Virus record (IMG/VR): IMGVR_UViG_3300044724_000968
Span: 1 to 33,494 of that record
Length of the DNA: 33,494 nt
Strand: one strand, 5' to 3'
Source of the DNA: a virus
Taxonomy: Duplodnaviria > Caudoviricetes
Made by a program: the position numbers and the translations under genes. This document shows, one piece after another, positions 1-9,908 of this stretch (the first letter of the stretch is position 1; each line of letters starts with the position of its first letter). The notes beneath the pieces were generated by a model that was not told the DNA's origin, searched no databases, and was given only the letters and a program-made list of their open reading frames with translations.

Positions 1-11
1 AGAATAAACCA

Positions 12-359
12 ATGACAACTTACATCAATATCAACGGCGATGTTCGTGATGCATCGTCTCTTACAGTTCCAACTGACCGCACATTCCGTGGTGCTTGGCA
101 GTTTAATGGTAGTGCAGTCGAAGTAGACATGGATGCAGCTAAAGCAATCCACAAGGACAACCTACGTGCTGAACGTGCGCCACGTCTGGCTGATCTGGAT
201 GTACAATATATGAAAGCCTTGGAAGCTGGCTCTGGTGCGGCTGAGATTGCAGCGCAGAAGCAAACACTGCGTGACATCACAGACGATGCCCGTATTGCTG
301 CGGCAACCACACCTGATGAACTCAAGGCATTGGACTTGGCTACCCTGTTGGGAGAGTAA
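12..359 (+). CDS. Small phage tail-associated protein (tail fibre assembly/chaperone-like)
   Basis: 115-aa ORF directly upstream of a tail fibre gene. The segments RTFRGAW and RAPRLADLDVQYMKALE...KQTLRDIT resemble small tail-associated proteins of marine phages. Confidence 0.6.
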   Translation: MTTYININGDVRDASSLTVPTDRTFRGAWQFNGSAVEVDMDAAKAIHKDNLRAERAPRLADLDVQYMKALEAGSGAAEIAAQKQTLRDITDDARIAAATTPDELKALDLATLLGE

Positions 360-362
360 CAA

Positions 363-1346
363 ATGAGTAAGGCAAGACAACTTGCAGATCTTGGCAACGT
401 CTACGATGACGGTGCTTTGTCGCACAGAAATAGGATTATCAACGGTGCAATGGTTTTTGACCAGCGCAACAGTGGGTCAAGTGTTGCTTTTACATCCGCA
501 GCTTATAAGCTTGACAGATGGGTGGGGGCTGTTGGGACTGCTAGTGGTACAACCATTCAAAGATCATCAACATCTGCTACAGGATTTTCAAACTCTGCTT
601 TAATCACTATTGGAACTGGCGCATCTCCTGTTTCTGGTGCGGTAAATAGAATTTATCAAGTCATTGAGGGATATAACATTGCAGACTTTTCGTGGGGAAC
701 TGCATCTGCCAAAACAATCACTTTATCCTTTTGGGTTCGTTCCAGCGTTACTGGCACTTTTTCGGGGGCATTGTACGGAGCAAGCACAATACAGTCTTAC
801 CCATTTACATACACAATTTCTGCTGCAAATACGTTTGAACAAAAGACTATAATTATTGCTGGACCAACAACGGGTACTTGGGACTCAACAAATGGTACTG
901 GGGTTTATGTTAATTTTGATTTAGGCAGTGGTTCATCATTTAAGACTACTGCAGGATCATGGACAACTGGAACTTATATTGGCGTAACAGGTTCAACAAA
1001 TTTATGTGAAACATCTAGCGCAACTTTTTACCTGACAGGCGTCCAGTTGGAAATCGGCGACACGGCAACCCCCTTTGAGCATCGGTCCTACGGGGATGAA
1101 CTTGCACGGTGCCAGAGGTATTATAACTCAATACACGCCCACTATTTAACTTACTATACTTCGACTTCTTGTATAGCTAACGTAGATTATGCTGTATCCA
1201 TGAGGGCAAATCCCACTATTACTATTGGAAGTAACAACAATGGTTCCATTGTAACGGGGGGTGCAAGTCCTAGTGGTCATTATTTTTATCTTACATCTGC
1301 TGCAAATGCTTATTATGCGGCCTCCACTTCTGATGCGGAGTTATAA
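363..1346 (+). CDS. Tail fibre / receptor-binding protein with carbohydrate-binding-like beta domain
   Basis: 327 aa, rich in Ser/Thr/Gly. Motifs NRIINGAM..DQR, KTITLSFWVRSS and GVQLEIGDTATPFEHRSYGDELARCQRYY are typical of marine phage tail fibres. GGAG RBS upstream. Confidence 0.75.
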   Translation: MSKARQLADLGNVYDDGALSHRNRIINGAMVFDQRNSGSSVAFTSAAYKLDRWVGAVGTASGTTIQRSSTSATGFSNSALITIGTGASPVSGAVNRIYQVIEGYNIADFSWGTASAKTITLSFWVRSSVTGTFSGALYGASTIQSYPFTYTISAANTFEQKTIIIAGPTTGTWDSTNGTGVYVNFDLGSGSSFKTTAGSWTTGTYIGVTGSTNLCETSSATFYLTGVQLEIGDTATPFEHRSYGDELARCQRYYNSIHAHYLTYYTSTSCIANVDYAVSMRANPTITIGSNNNGSIVTGGASPSGHYFYLTSAANAYYAASTSDAEL

Positions 1347-1349
1347 ACA

Positions 1350-1535
1350 ATGGACAATATGGATATCACAACCGCACAGTACATATCTGACCCACTGTCA
1401 GGCACCAACTCTTCCATCCGTGCCACCATCGACGGGCAAGAGATGTTTGTCCCACTAGACCCCAACAACAGACACTACAGTGAGATCATGCGTCAGGTCG
1501 AGGCGGGAACGCTTGTGATACAAGAGGCTGAGTGA
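1350..1535 (+). CDS. Small hypothetical protein accompanying the tail fibre
   Basis: 61 aa with motif FVPLDPNNRHYSEI, tightly packed between tail genes. Its TGA stop overlaps the next ATG. Confidence 0.7.
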   Translation: MDNMDITTAQYISDPLSGTNSSIRATIDGQEMFVPLDPNNRHYSEIMRQVEAGTLVIQEAE

Positions 1536-2371
1536 TGTTAGGTTTTTCCGCATTAGGTTCGACCCCGTTAGGAGATGACGACGAACAGATTGCGGTCCTT
1601 GTAGGTCTTTCCGCCACAGGCGCTGTTGGCAGTGTTGGGATTTCCGGTGAAGCAAATGTTGGCCTCATTGGGAACGAGGCTACCACCGCTGTTGGTAATG
1701 GGTCTACAGTAGAGGTTTCAACTACGGCGAATGTCGCGGCAACGGGCGAAGCTGCCACGGGTGCTGTTGGTACAGTCGTTATTACGGCTGATGCAAATGT
1801 CGCAGTAACGGGCGAAGCTGCTACGGGCGCTGTTGGTACAGTTACTATTTCTACGGAAGCTAATGTTGCGGTAACGGGTGAATCTGCCACAACTGCGGTT
1901 GGATCCGTTATTGTTATAGCTGATGCTAATGTTTCGGTAGTAGGCGAGGTAGGAACTTCTGCAGTTGGTTTTGTTACTATTTCCGCTGATGCCAATGTAG
2001 CTGTTACGGGCGAGGTCTCTACGGGTACAGTAGGCGCGGTTATTGTTTCTGCTGATGCTAATGTGGCTGTTACGGGCGAGGTCTCTACGGGCGCAGTAGG
2101 CACAGTTACTGTTGTTGAGGGCTTTGGTCCTATTGTTGTGGTTACAGGCGTTGAAGCGACAGGAGAAATTAGCTCAGTAAATGTTTACGACCGAATTATT
2201 CCAAACCAAAATCCGAACTATGTGGGAATATCTCCAGCGCAAACACCCGCGTATTCAAACATTGCTCCAAATCAAAATCCGAATTATGTAGGGATATCTC
2301 CATCGCAAACTCCATCATACTCAAATATCTCTCCAAATCAAGATCCCAACTGGCAACGGCTTGTTGCTTAA
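1535..2371 (+). CDS. Repeat-rich virion structural protein (Val/Ala/Gly/Thr beta-repeat)
   Basis: The ORF track starts at GTG 1532, but ATG 1535 (TGATG overlap) is the more likely start. It has about six 22-aa repeats (ANVAVTGEAATGAVGTVxIxAD) and C-terminal 11-aa PxQxPxY repeats. Confidence 0.7.
   Translation: MLGFSALGSTPLGDDDEQIAVLVGLSATGAVGSVGISGEANVGLIGNEATTAVGNGSTVEVSTTANVAATGEAATGAVGTVVITADANVAVTGEAATGAVGTVTISTEANVAVTGESATTAVGSVIVIADANVSVVGEVGTSAVGFVTISADANVAVTGEVSTGTVGAVIVSADANVAVTGEVSTGAVGTVTVVEGFGPIVVVTGVEATGEISSVNVYDRIIPNQNPNYVGISPAQTPAYSNIAPNQNPNYVGISPSQTPSYSNISPNQDPNWQRLVA
1727..2115 (+). repeat. Coding tandem repeat, 66-bp period (about 6 copies)
   Basis: GCnAATGT recurs at about 1727, 1793, 1859, 1925, 1991 and 2057. 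Confidence 0.85.
2195..2352 (+). repeat. Coding repeat, 33-bp period with a 66-bp higher-order duplication (PNQNPNYVGISPxQTPxYSNI)
   Basis: Two near-identical 22-aa blocks plus a partial third are visible in both protein and DNA. Confidence 0.8.
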
Positions 2372-2422
2372 AATGCAAACAGACGATATACTAAGTTCAA
2401 TTGAACTTTTGGCGGGTTCCAC

Positions 2423-3799
2423 ATGGCTACATATACAGATATTAATGGTGTAAAGCTTATCACTACAGGTGATGAGGCTGGTACATGGGGTACAAGCACT
2501 AATACAAATTTGCAAATATTAGAGCGAGCAGCAAATGGGTATGCCCAGATTGCTCTTTCAGGAACTACATATACGTTAACACTGTCAAACCAACCCTCTT
2601 CCCCAGAGAATGGACACTATAAAGCTATAGAGTTTACGGGTAGTCCCGGTGGAACTTGTACTGTGACGCTTGAACAAAATGACCACGCAAGGGTCTATAT
2701 GTTCCTCAATAGCACAGACGAAACGGTAACAATAACTCAAGGTTCAGGTGGTAATGTATCTATTGCGGCTTCTGACGGCGCTATTGTTTTAGCCGATGGT
2801 GCAGGTTCTGGTGCGCAAGTAAAAGATCTTACGGCTACGATTCAAGCAGAAACGGCTGTTAGGCTTGCCACTGCCAGAGACTTTTCTATTACGGGAGATA
2901 TAACTGCAGCGGCGGTTTCTTTTGATGGAACCGGAAATGTCGCGTTGAGCGCAGCAATAACAGCGGATTCTATTGTAAATGCTGATATTAATTCAAGTGC
3001 AGCTATCGCAGATACAAAGCTGGCAACGATTTCCACAGCAAGTAAGGTGGCTAACTCTGCAACAACAGCTACAAACTTAAACACGGCAAGTGCTATTGTA
3101 GCGCGTGACGGAAGCGGCAACTTTACGGCAGGGACAATTACTGCAACTCTTACGGGTAATGTCACGGGAAATGTCACGGGCAATGTCACTGGAAACGCAA
3201 CCACTGCGACAACTTTGGAAACCGCACGAACTATAGCGGGACAAAGCTTTAATGGAAGTGCAAACATCAGCATTGGACCTACGGACTTAACAGGGGTCAC
3301 AGCTAGTGCTTCTGACATAAATACAGCGTCTACAAACTATGTTCCTTCAGGTGGAATTATTATGTGGTCGGGCGCAATTGCCGCGATACCCACGGGGTGG
3401 GTTCTTTGCGATGGTAACAACTCAACTCCAGACTTGAGGGATAGATTTATTGTTGGCGCAGGTAGCACTTACGCTGTAGGTGCTACGGGAGGTGCTGCAA
3501 GTGTAACTCTGACTACAAGTCAGATCCCAAGCCACAGCCACGCCAACACGGCGTCCTCTTCCTCAAGTGTTACAGATCCCGGTCACACTCATAATTCAAA
3601 TGTTGTGACAGGCTCAAATGAAGGTGGATCAACTGGGGGACAAGGAAACGGCACGGCAACAACAGCGGCTACATCAAGTTCGACAACGGGTATATCGGTG
3701 TCAACTACAACTACAATGACAAATGCTTCTACTGGTGGTGGAAGCAGTCACGAAAACAGACCACCATACTATGCTCTTGCTTACATTATGAAGACTTAA
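2423..3799 (+). CDS. Tail fibre protein with C-terminal tail collar domain
   Basis: 458 aa. It has TGNV repeats, LETARTIAGQSFNGSANI fibre repeats, a collar motif GGIIMWSG..IPTGWVLCDG...PDLRDRFIVG and the C-terminus HENRPPYYALAYIMK. Confidence 0.85.
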   Translation: MATYTDINGVKLITTGDEAGTWGTSTNTNLQILERAANGYAQIALSGTTYTLTLSNQPSSPENGHYKAIEFTGSPGGTCTVTLEQNDHARVYMFLNSTDETVTITQGSGGNVSIAASDGAIVLADGAGSGAQVKDLTATIQAETAVRLATARDFSITGDITAAAVSFDGTGNVALSAAITADSIVNADINSSAAIADTKLATISTASKVANSATTATNLNTASAIVARDGSGNFTAGTITATLTGNVTGNVTGNVTGNATTATTLETARTIAGQSFNGSANISIGPTDLTGVTASASDINTASTNYVPSGGIIMWSGAIAAIPTGWVLCDGNNSTPDLRDRFIVGAGSTYAVGATGGAASVTLTTSQIPSHSHANTASSSSSVTDPGHTHNSNVVTGSNEGGSTGGQGNGTATTAATSSSTTGISVSTTTTMTNASTGGGSSHENRPPYYALAYIMKT

Positions 3800-3801
3800 A
3801 C

Positions 3802-6000
3802 ATGCCATACACAGATCTTCGCTTCAAACCGGGCATAAACAAAGAGATTACTTCTTTTTCTGAAGGTAATGGGTGGGTTGATTGTGACAAAATACGTTTT
3901 AGATTTGGTTATCCAGAAAAGTTAAATGGTTGGGAAAAGAACACTACAAACTCTTTTCTTGGTGCGTGTCGTGGGTTGCATGAATGGGTTGCTCTCAGCG
4001 GTGAAGGCTTTCTAGGTGTTGGAACCCAATTAAAATATTACATTAAACAGGGTACAGCGTTCAATGATGTTACCCCCATAAGGCTTACAACTGGTGCGGG
4101 AGATGTAACATTTGCAGCGACGAATGGATCTTCAACGATTACAGTTACTGACGTAAATCATGGCGCTGTCGAAAATGATTTTGTAACTTTTAGCGGTGCC
4201 ACCTCTTTAGGCGGTGCAATTACAGCGGATATTCTTAATCAAGAGTATCAAGTTGCTTCGGTTACGGACGGTGATACGTATACAATTCAAGCAAGAACCG
4301 TAAGTACAATATCTAGCATAACAGAAGACGGATCTTTAAATCCAACACTGGTCCCTGCTAATTCAAGTGATACAGGTAACGGTGGTGCATCTGTTGTGGG
4401 TGCTTATCAGATAGGCACAGGGCTTAACTCCTCTGTTGCGGGCACTGGATGGGGTGCTGGACTTTGGGGCGGCACAAACAACGGCGCATTGCAAACAACT
4501 CTTAATGAAGGCGGAACACTTAGTGCGGGGGACACCACAATTACTGTTACCTCTGCTACAGGTATTTCGGCAAGCGATGTAATTTTAATAGGCGGCACTG
4601 AACTCGTTTTGGTTGGTGGGGTTAGTTCAAATGACCTTACTGGATGTACGCGAGGGCATAATGGAACGACCGCAACATCTCATGCTGATGGCTCTGTGGT
4701 TCGTTTAACAGAGGGAAATGCTGACAGTATAAACAATTTTAATGGCTGGGGTGAAGGTGTTGCTACAGGCGTTCAAACAGCCACAACAGGTCTAAGAATA
4801 TGGTCGCATGATAATTTTGGAGAAGACCTGATATTCAATGAAAGAAATGGTCAAGTATTTTACTGGGACAAAACAAATGGCGTTGGAACGCGTGGCGTAG
4901 AACTCTCAACGCTTTCTGGCACACCGCGATCTGTTCCTCAGAAGTGCGCTCAAATTTTGCTATCAGACAGAGACAGGCATGTCATTGCATTTGGAGCCGA
5001 TGGTTTGGGGGGATCTTCTGACACTCAAGGAAATGGCACTCAAGATCCAATGCTTATTAGGTTTTCAAGTCAAGAAAATCCTATAGACTGGTATCCTACA
5101 GATACAAATACAGCGGGGGATCTTAGAATTGATACAGGGTCTAAGATTGTTCAGGCAGTAGAAACAAGGCAACAAATAGCTGTGTTCACAGACATTGCCG
5201 TGTATGCCATGCAGTTTATTGGGCCACCCTTTACTTTTGGGATTAATCTTGTTTCGTCAAACATTACGATTGCAAGTCCAAGAGCGGCAATTGCTGTAAA
5301 TGATATTGTGTATTGGATGGGTAATGCAGAGTTTTATAACTATGCTGGTTCTGTTCAAAGGATACCATGCACGGTTAGGGATTACGTCTTTAATGATTTC
5401 AATACAAGCCAAATAGAAAAAGTTGTTGCTGGATCTAATGTTTCGTTTGCAGAGGTTTGGTGGTTTTATCCGTCTTCTAGCTCTACAGAAAACGACAGAT
5501 ACGTTGTGTTTAATTACCAAGAAAACATTTGGTACGTGGGAACATTAAGCCGAACAGCTTGGTTGGATAGAGGAATTGGGTCTGTACCAATTGCAACTGG
5601 CGATGATGGTTACTTATACAACCATGAAACGGGCGCAAAGGCAGATGGTTCTGCCATGACAGCATTTATAGAATCTGGTGATATGGATATCACTGATGGT
5701 AACCAGTTTAGCTTTATAAGCCGTGTTATACCTGACTTAAATTTTAGGGAAACAAACGTAAACGACACTACGGTAAACTTTATATTCAATGCGAAAAATG
5801 CACCGGGCCAAACAGCCCAAACCACGAATACAGACACTATTACAAAGACATCGAACACGCCTGTAGATCAATATACAAGTCAGTATCAAACACGGATTAG
5901 GGGGCGCAGCTTTACATTCAAGGTGGAGTCTACAGATGCTGATGTTTTGTGGAGACTTGGAATCCCTCGCGTTGACATAAGACAGGATGGCAGACGATGA
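3802..6000 (+). CDS. Tail tubular / head-stabilisation protein (podovirus nozzle, P22 gp10-like)
   Basis: 732 aa, beta-propeller-like composition. Motifs include LIRFSSQENP.DW.PT.TNTAGDLR, EVWWFYPS and YVVFNYQENIWYVG.L.RTAW. Located in the tail module. Confidence 0.7.
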   Translation: MPYTDLRFKPGINKEITSFSEGNGWVDCDKIRFRFGYPEKLNGWEKNTTNSFLGACRGLHEWVALSGEGFLGVGTQLKYYIKQGTAFNDVTPIRLTTGAGDVTFAATNGSSTITVTDVNHGAVENDFVTFSGATSLGGAITADILNQEYQVASVTDGDTYTIQARTVSTISSITEDGSLNPTLVPANSSDTGNGGASVVGAYQIGTGLNSSVAGTGWGAGLWGGTNNGALQTTLNEGGTLSAGDTTITVTSATGISASDVILIGGTELVLVGGVSSNDLTGCTRGHNGTTATSHADGSVVRLTEGNADSINNFNGWGEGVATGVQTATTGLRIWSHDNFGEDLIFNERNGQVFYWDKTNGVGTRGVELSTLSGTPRSVPQKCAQILLSDRDRHVIAFGADGLGGSSDTQGNGTQDPMLIRFSSQENPIDWYPTDTNTAGDLRIDTGSKIVQAVETRQQIAVFTDIAVYAMQFIGPPFTFGINLVSSNITIASPRAAIAVNDIVYWMGNAEFYNYAGSVQRIPCTVRDYVFNDFNTSQIEKVVAGSNVSFAEVWWFYPSSSSTENDRYVVFNYQENIWYVGTLSRTAWLDRGIGSVPIATGDDGYLYNHETGAKADGSAMTAFIESGDMDITDGNQFSFISRVIPDLNFRETNVNDTTVNFIFNAKNAPGQTAQTTNTDTITKTSNTPVDQYTSQYQTRIRGRSFTFKVESTDADVLWRLGIPRVDIRQDGRR

Positions 6001-6395
6001 CTATAGCACCAGTCCCATACTTTCCTGTACCGCCGCCCACTTACTCACAGCAGTACTTAGCCGAAATAACTAGGGCTTTCTCTACGTTTGCCGCCCAAAT
6101 AACGAACCCTGCTATAGCAAAGCCTGTGTTGATAGAGATACCGACATCTGCTCAAAGTGGAGATTCAGTTGGTACAGTCTACGAAAGTAACACAATACTT
6201 AGGATTAAATCAGCGACCGCTGCAAACAACACCACTGGGATTCCACTCCCTCAATATACTGTAGCTACACTCCCCACTGTGGAAACGGGAACTCTGATAT
6301 ATGTATCAGACGGGGCAGCAGGTAGCCCCGTTGTGGCTTTTGGGGATGGATCAAACTGGCTGCGTGTTGATACAAGAGCGGCAGTATCTACTTAG
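5997..6395 (+). CDS. Hypothetical virion protein
   Basis: 132 aa with an ATGA overlap with the previous gene. The C-terminus YTVATLP...GTLIYVSDG...VAFGDGSNW resembles a fibre-like module. Confidence 0.7.
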   Translation: MTIAPVPYFPVPPPTYSQQYLAEITRAFSTFAAQITNPAIAKPVLIEIPTSAQSGDSVGTVYESNTILRIKSATAANNTTGIPLPQYTVATLPTVETGTLIYVSDGAAGSPVVAFGDGSNWLRVDTRAAVST

Positions 6396-6404
6396 GAGAT
6401 CACT

Positions 6405-6626
6405 ATGGCACATACGATAATAGATGATTACAAGATCTTCCCACGGCTTATGATGCTTGTGGTTACGATCCTGACTTACCAGTCTGTACATTGGTTTATG
6501 TCTCTCGACATGCCAAGTCCCAGTCAGGCAGGTCTGGTATCTGTGTGCATGGGCGCACTTACAGGTTGCTTTGGCATTTGGATGAACAAAGAAGCGAAGA
6601 CCGATAGGTCTCAAGGAGCGGGTTAA
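6405..6626 (+). CDS. Small two-TM membrane protein (holin-like)
   Basis: 73 aa with two hydrophobic segments and a charged C-terminus. AGGAG RBS. Lies upstream of the lysis genes. Confidence 0.6.
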   Translation: MAHTIIDDYKIFPRLMMLVVTILTYQSVHWFMSLDMPSPSQAGLVSVCMGALTGCFGIWMNKEAKTDRSQGAG

Positions 6627-7522
6627 TGGCTACATTTAGTAATGCAGACTATGCTGGTCCCTTCTCTAGCAAGTATGAAGAAGATGAGGCTTTACAGGGA
6701 AATCGTGGTAACCGCGCCGCACACACAGCGGCACAAGCAGTACATAGTCGTGGTCTTAGAAACATAGATATTGCTAATAGACCAAGAGACAACAATAGAA
6801 CTCCACAAACGGACACCTCTATATACGGCACAAATGAAAATCCTTTAATGCGTATGCTGAATATGCCGAATGCTGCGCAGTTTGCTGATCCTAGAAAAAA
6901 CCCTATGTACAATTACAGGGCGCAGCCACAACTTTATGAATATCAAGCGCCAAGTCCGGGGGGTATTCGAGTCCCATTAGAAGGTGGCGGCACTACTTTA
7001 AAGCCACGTTCAAGGCCATATCCCGAAGGTGGTTTTTTCCCTAGCCTTGCTGGACCGGGGCCAACAGGTGCGCCGGGGTTTTTAGGACAAATGGGTGACA
7101 ACTACGCAGGTATGAGAGAGGCTGCGGGTATGGGCATTGCAAATATTGCAAGCGGCGGTGCTTTTAGTAGTGATCCTAATGTAAAAATGCGAAAATTTAT
7201 GGAGCAAGGGTTTAGTCCAGAACAAGCACAGGATTACATTAACGACACAGCAAGAACTAATGCACGTCTAGCACAAGAGCGTTTTGTTTACGGTGATCGT
7301 ATAAATGAGCGAGGTGGCACACAAGGGACACAAGCCACTGCCGCGACAGGGGAAGAAGAGGAAACATACATTCCACCGCACTTGCGTTATCTCATGGAGC
7401 AGCGACAGCCTGTAACCACCATGAACATGGGTGGCTTGATGGCGTTAGGTCCAATGATGCAGCAACAGCAGTACGAAATGGGTAGGCAAATGGCTATGAG
7501 AGATATGGGGGTATCTGTATGA
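6626..7522 (+). CDS. Hypothetical low-complexity protein, possible internal virion protein
   Basis: 298 aa, rich in Gly/Met/Gln/Pro, with overlapping start and stop codons at both ends. Carries an MNMGGLM motif also seen in the downstream ejection-like proteins. Confidence 0.6.
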   Translation: MATFSNADYAGPFSSKYEEDEALQGNRGNRAAHTAAQAVHSRGLRNIDIANRPRDNNRTPQTDTSIYGTNENPLMRMLNMPNAAQFADPRKNPMYNYRAQPQLYEYQAPSPGGIRVPLEGGGTTLKPRSRPYPEGGFFPSLAGPGPTGAPGFLGQMGDNYAGMREAAGMGIANIASGGAFSSDPNVKMRKFMEQGFSPEQAQDYINDTARTNARLAQERFVYGDRINERGGTQGTQATAATGEEEETYIPPHLRYLMEQRQPVTTMNMGGLMALGPMMQQQQYEMGRQMAMRDMGVSV

Positions 7523-7977
7523 TTACGCTTCTCGGGAGCTTACTTGGTTTTGGCACATCGTTTTTGCCAGAGGTACTAAACTACTTCAAAGCAAACCAAG
7601 CGCACAAGCATGAATTAGAACGCGCTCAGTTAGAGATGGACCTTATGTCTAAACGTGCTGAACTAAAGTTAAGCATTATGGACAAAGAGGCAGACATTAA
7701 GGAAACAGAGGGGCTATATCGACATGATAGCATTGATGCGGGAGGCTTTATCAACGCACTACGCGGAAGTGTGCGTCCTGTTATCACTTATTGTTTTTTT
7801 GCTCTTTTCGTTGCCATTAAAGTGACTGCTTTGCTGGCGCTATTAGATACGGGCCATGAGATAGGACGTGCTTTGTCCTTGATCTGGGATGACGCTACGG
7901 CTGGGCTGTTCGCTGCTATTATGTCATTCTGGTTTGGAAACAGAGCGGTCAGCAAATATATGAAAGCGAAACCATGA
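7519..7977 (+). CDS. Holin (3-TM, GTA holin-like)
   Basis: 152 aa with an N-terminal hydrophobic helix, a coiled coil, SVRPVITY followed by a TM segment, and FWFGNR at the end. Directly upstream of the endolysin. Confidence 0.7.
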   Translation: MITLLGSLLGFGTSFLPEVLNYFKANQAHKHELERAQLEMDLMSKRAELKLSIMDKEADIKETEGLYRHDSIDAGGFINALRGSVRPVITYCFFALFVAIKVTALLALLDTGHEIGRALSLIWDDATAGLFAAIMSFWFGNRAVSKYMKAKP

Positions 7978-8429
7978 CGTTTAAATTAAGCAGACGTAGC
8001 TTAGATAAGCTTGAAGGTATTGATGAGCGACTACAGGCAGTTGTAAAGCAGGCCATAACGCTTACCAAAACCGATTTTGGTGTAATTCAAGGTATGCGAA
8101 CCCTTGAGCAGCAGAAAGAACTCGTTGCTAAAGGTGCCAGCCAAACAATGAAATCCAAGCATCTTGAGGGCAAAGCCTTTGACATTATGGCGTTTATAAA
8201 TGGCAGAGCAAGTTGGGAGTTGAATTTGTACGACGATCTTGCTGATGCTGTTAAAGAAGCCGCAATTATTGTTGGGGTGCCTATGCGATGGGGCGCAGCT
8301 TGGCATATAGATGATATCCGTAAATGGGATGGCACGATGGAAGAAGCAATGAATGCCTATGTTGATTTACGAAGATCACAGGGCAGACGTCCTTTTATAG
8401 ACGGCCCCCATTTTGAATTGATGGACTAG
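7974..8429 (+). CDS. Endolysin, M15 family L-alanyl-D-glutamate peptidase
   Basis: Contains GMRTLEQQKELVAKGASQTMKSKHLEGKAFDI (SxHxxGxAxD zinc site), RWGAAW and DGPHFEL. Confidence 0.9.
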   Translation: MTFKLSRRSLDKLEGIDERLQAVVKQAITLTKTDFGVIQGMRTLEQQKELVAKGASQTMKSKHLEGKAFDIMAFINGRASWELNLYDDLADAVKEAAIIVGVPMRWGAAWHIDDIRKWDGTMEEAMNAYVDLRRSQGRRPFIDGPHFELMD

Positions 8430-8468
8430 ACGTTTGATGCTACAGTGAGACAACTTTAGAGGTAAAAT

Positions 8469-9482
8469 ATGGTTCTCCCACTTCTATTTAGCTTTGGTCT
8501 ACCCGCTCTAGCAGGTACAGGTGCGCTCGGTGCTACTTTTGCGGGTATGTCTGCCCCCGTGCTGTCTGGTCTTGGTGCGGGGCTTGGCTCATTTTTGCAG
8601 AGTGGAGATATAGGAAAAGGCGTACAGACAGGTCTGACCGCTGTACTAGGTGGCAAACTTCTAGGTGGTCTTGGTGGGGCGCTTGGTGGGCAGCAAACAG
8701 CAACAAATGCTCTTTCTACAAGCAGCCCCATGACAGCCGTGCTTGCTGCACCCGCAAAAGAATCTATTTTGCAGCCCGTGCTTGGCGATACACTAACAAA
8801 AACTATGGCTGCACCGGGGATGATGGAGTCAGCACTTATAGGTTCTAGTGTGGCTAGTGCATTAGACTATAAAGCTCCTGAGATGAAAAAGAAAAGCGAC
8901 GAAGAAATTCCTGATCCTAGACCCAAGATACGAGTAGCAAAAAGAAAACCAGATAACTTTCAAGGTGAGTTTGACTATTTCGACTATTACGACCCTGATG
9001 ATTACGTGCAGTATGCGCGTGGCGGGGGTCTTATGGGTCTTGGTCAGCGATATGCTGAAGGTGGTGAAGTTGAGGGGATGAACGAAAAAGACGTTATCCT
9101 CGAATCCATACTTGCTATTAAAGGGATGAAAAGCGAAGCAGAAGCTCAAATGATTTTGGGTAAATTTTTAAGCGAATACGGCGAAGACGCACTGCGTGAC
9201 CTAGTAGATTCGGTGCAGTCCGGTGAGTACGACGAAACAGTAGCGCGGTTTGCTGAAGGCGAAAAAGGTATGGTACGTGGACCCGGTGATGGGTCGGGTG
9301 AAGACGATAAAGTACCTGCTACATTAGATAATCAACAAGATGTTTTGTTGACAGAAGGTGAGTTTGTTATTCGTAAACCAACCACAGATGCGCTAACAAA
9401 AGAGTACGGCGGTGGTTTTTTAGACAGGATTAACGAAGCCGAAGGAGATGCACCAGAGGTGCTAAGAAAAATGGTGGGGTAG
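8469..9482 (+). CDS. Internal virion / DNA ejection protein
   Basis: Gly/Ala/Leu-rich hydrophobic N-terminus. The C-terminal GPGDG..DDKVPATL...LTEGEFVI motif is typical of phage internal and tape-measure-like proteins. Confidence 0.55.
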   Translation: MVLPLLFSFGLPALAGTGALGATFAGMSAPVLSGLGAGLGSFLQSGDIGKGVQTGLTAVLGGKLLGGLGGALGGQQTATNALSTSSPMTAVLAAPAKESILQPVLGDTLTKTMAAPGMMESALIGSSVASALDYKAPEMKKKSDEEIPDPRPKIRVAKRKPDNFQGEFDYFDYYDPDDYVQYARGGGLMGLGQRYAEGGEVEGMNEKDVILESILAIKGMKSEAEAQMILGKFLSEYGEDALRDLVDSVQSGEYDETVARFAEGEKGMVRGPGDGSGEDDKVPATLDNQQDVLLTEGEFVIRKPTTDALTKEYGGGFLDRINEAEGDAPEVLRKMVG

Positions 9483-9908
9483 TTGAGAGTAAGTGCTGTT
9501 CCGAAGGATACAGTCAAGTACATATGGAAGGATGTTGAACGGGTACTAAAGAAAAGTGTCGAAACAGCTATCGGCAAGATGCAAATGATAGATGTTTTAA
9601 AGGGAATACTAGACGACACTTACGTTCTTTGGGTTGTATTTGAAGACGATAAAATTGTCGCCGCTTTTACAACTAGGATAATTGAGTACCCGCAACGTAG
9701 AAGTATGGCACTTGATTGGGTAGGTGGAAGTAGAATGAAAGAATGGTTAGATATCGGTATGGAAAAAGTTGTCGAATTTGCTGTTCTTAACGACTGTAAG
9801 CACCTAGAAGGCTATGGTCGCAAGGCGTGGGGACGTGCTTTAGAAAAACATGGGTTTTACCCCGAATACATTGCGTTTCGCATGGAGATAGAAAATGGGC
9901 AAAGGTAG
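9483..9908 (+). CDS. GNAT-fold protein (T7 gp13-like virion assembly protein)
   Basis: 141 aa, TTG start, ending in GYGRKAWGRALEKHGF. Its position between tail and ejection genes is typical of podoviruses. Confidence 0.55.
   Translation: MRVSAVPKDTVKYIWKDVERVLKKSVETAIGKMQMIDVLKGILDDTYVLWVVFEDDKIVAAFTTRIIEYPQRRSMALDWVGGSRMKEWLDIGMEKVVEFAVLNDCKHLEGYGRKAWGRALEKHGFYPEYIAFRMEIENGQR

Noticed and set aside
1486-2103. 205-aa antisense ORF, and similar antisense ORFs at 2842-3318 and 14195-14737
   Set aside because: They mirror repetitive or Gly/Ala-rich + strand genes and lie against the direction of the module.
363-3799. Diversity-generating retroelement acting on the tail fibres
   Set aside because: I found no reverse transcriptase and no template/variable repeat pair in the window.
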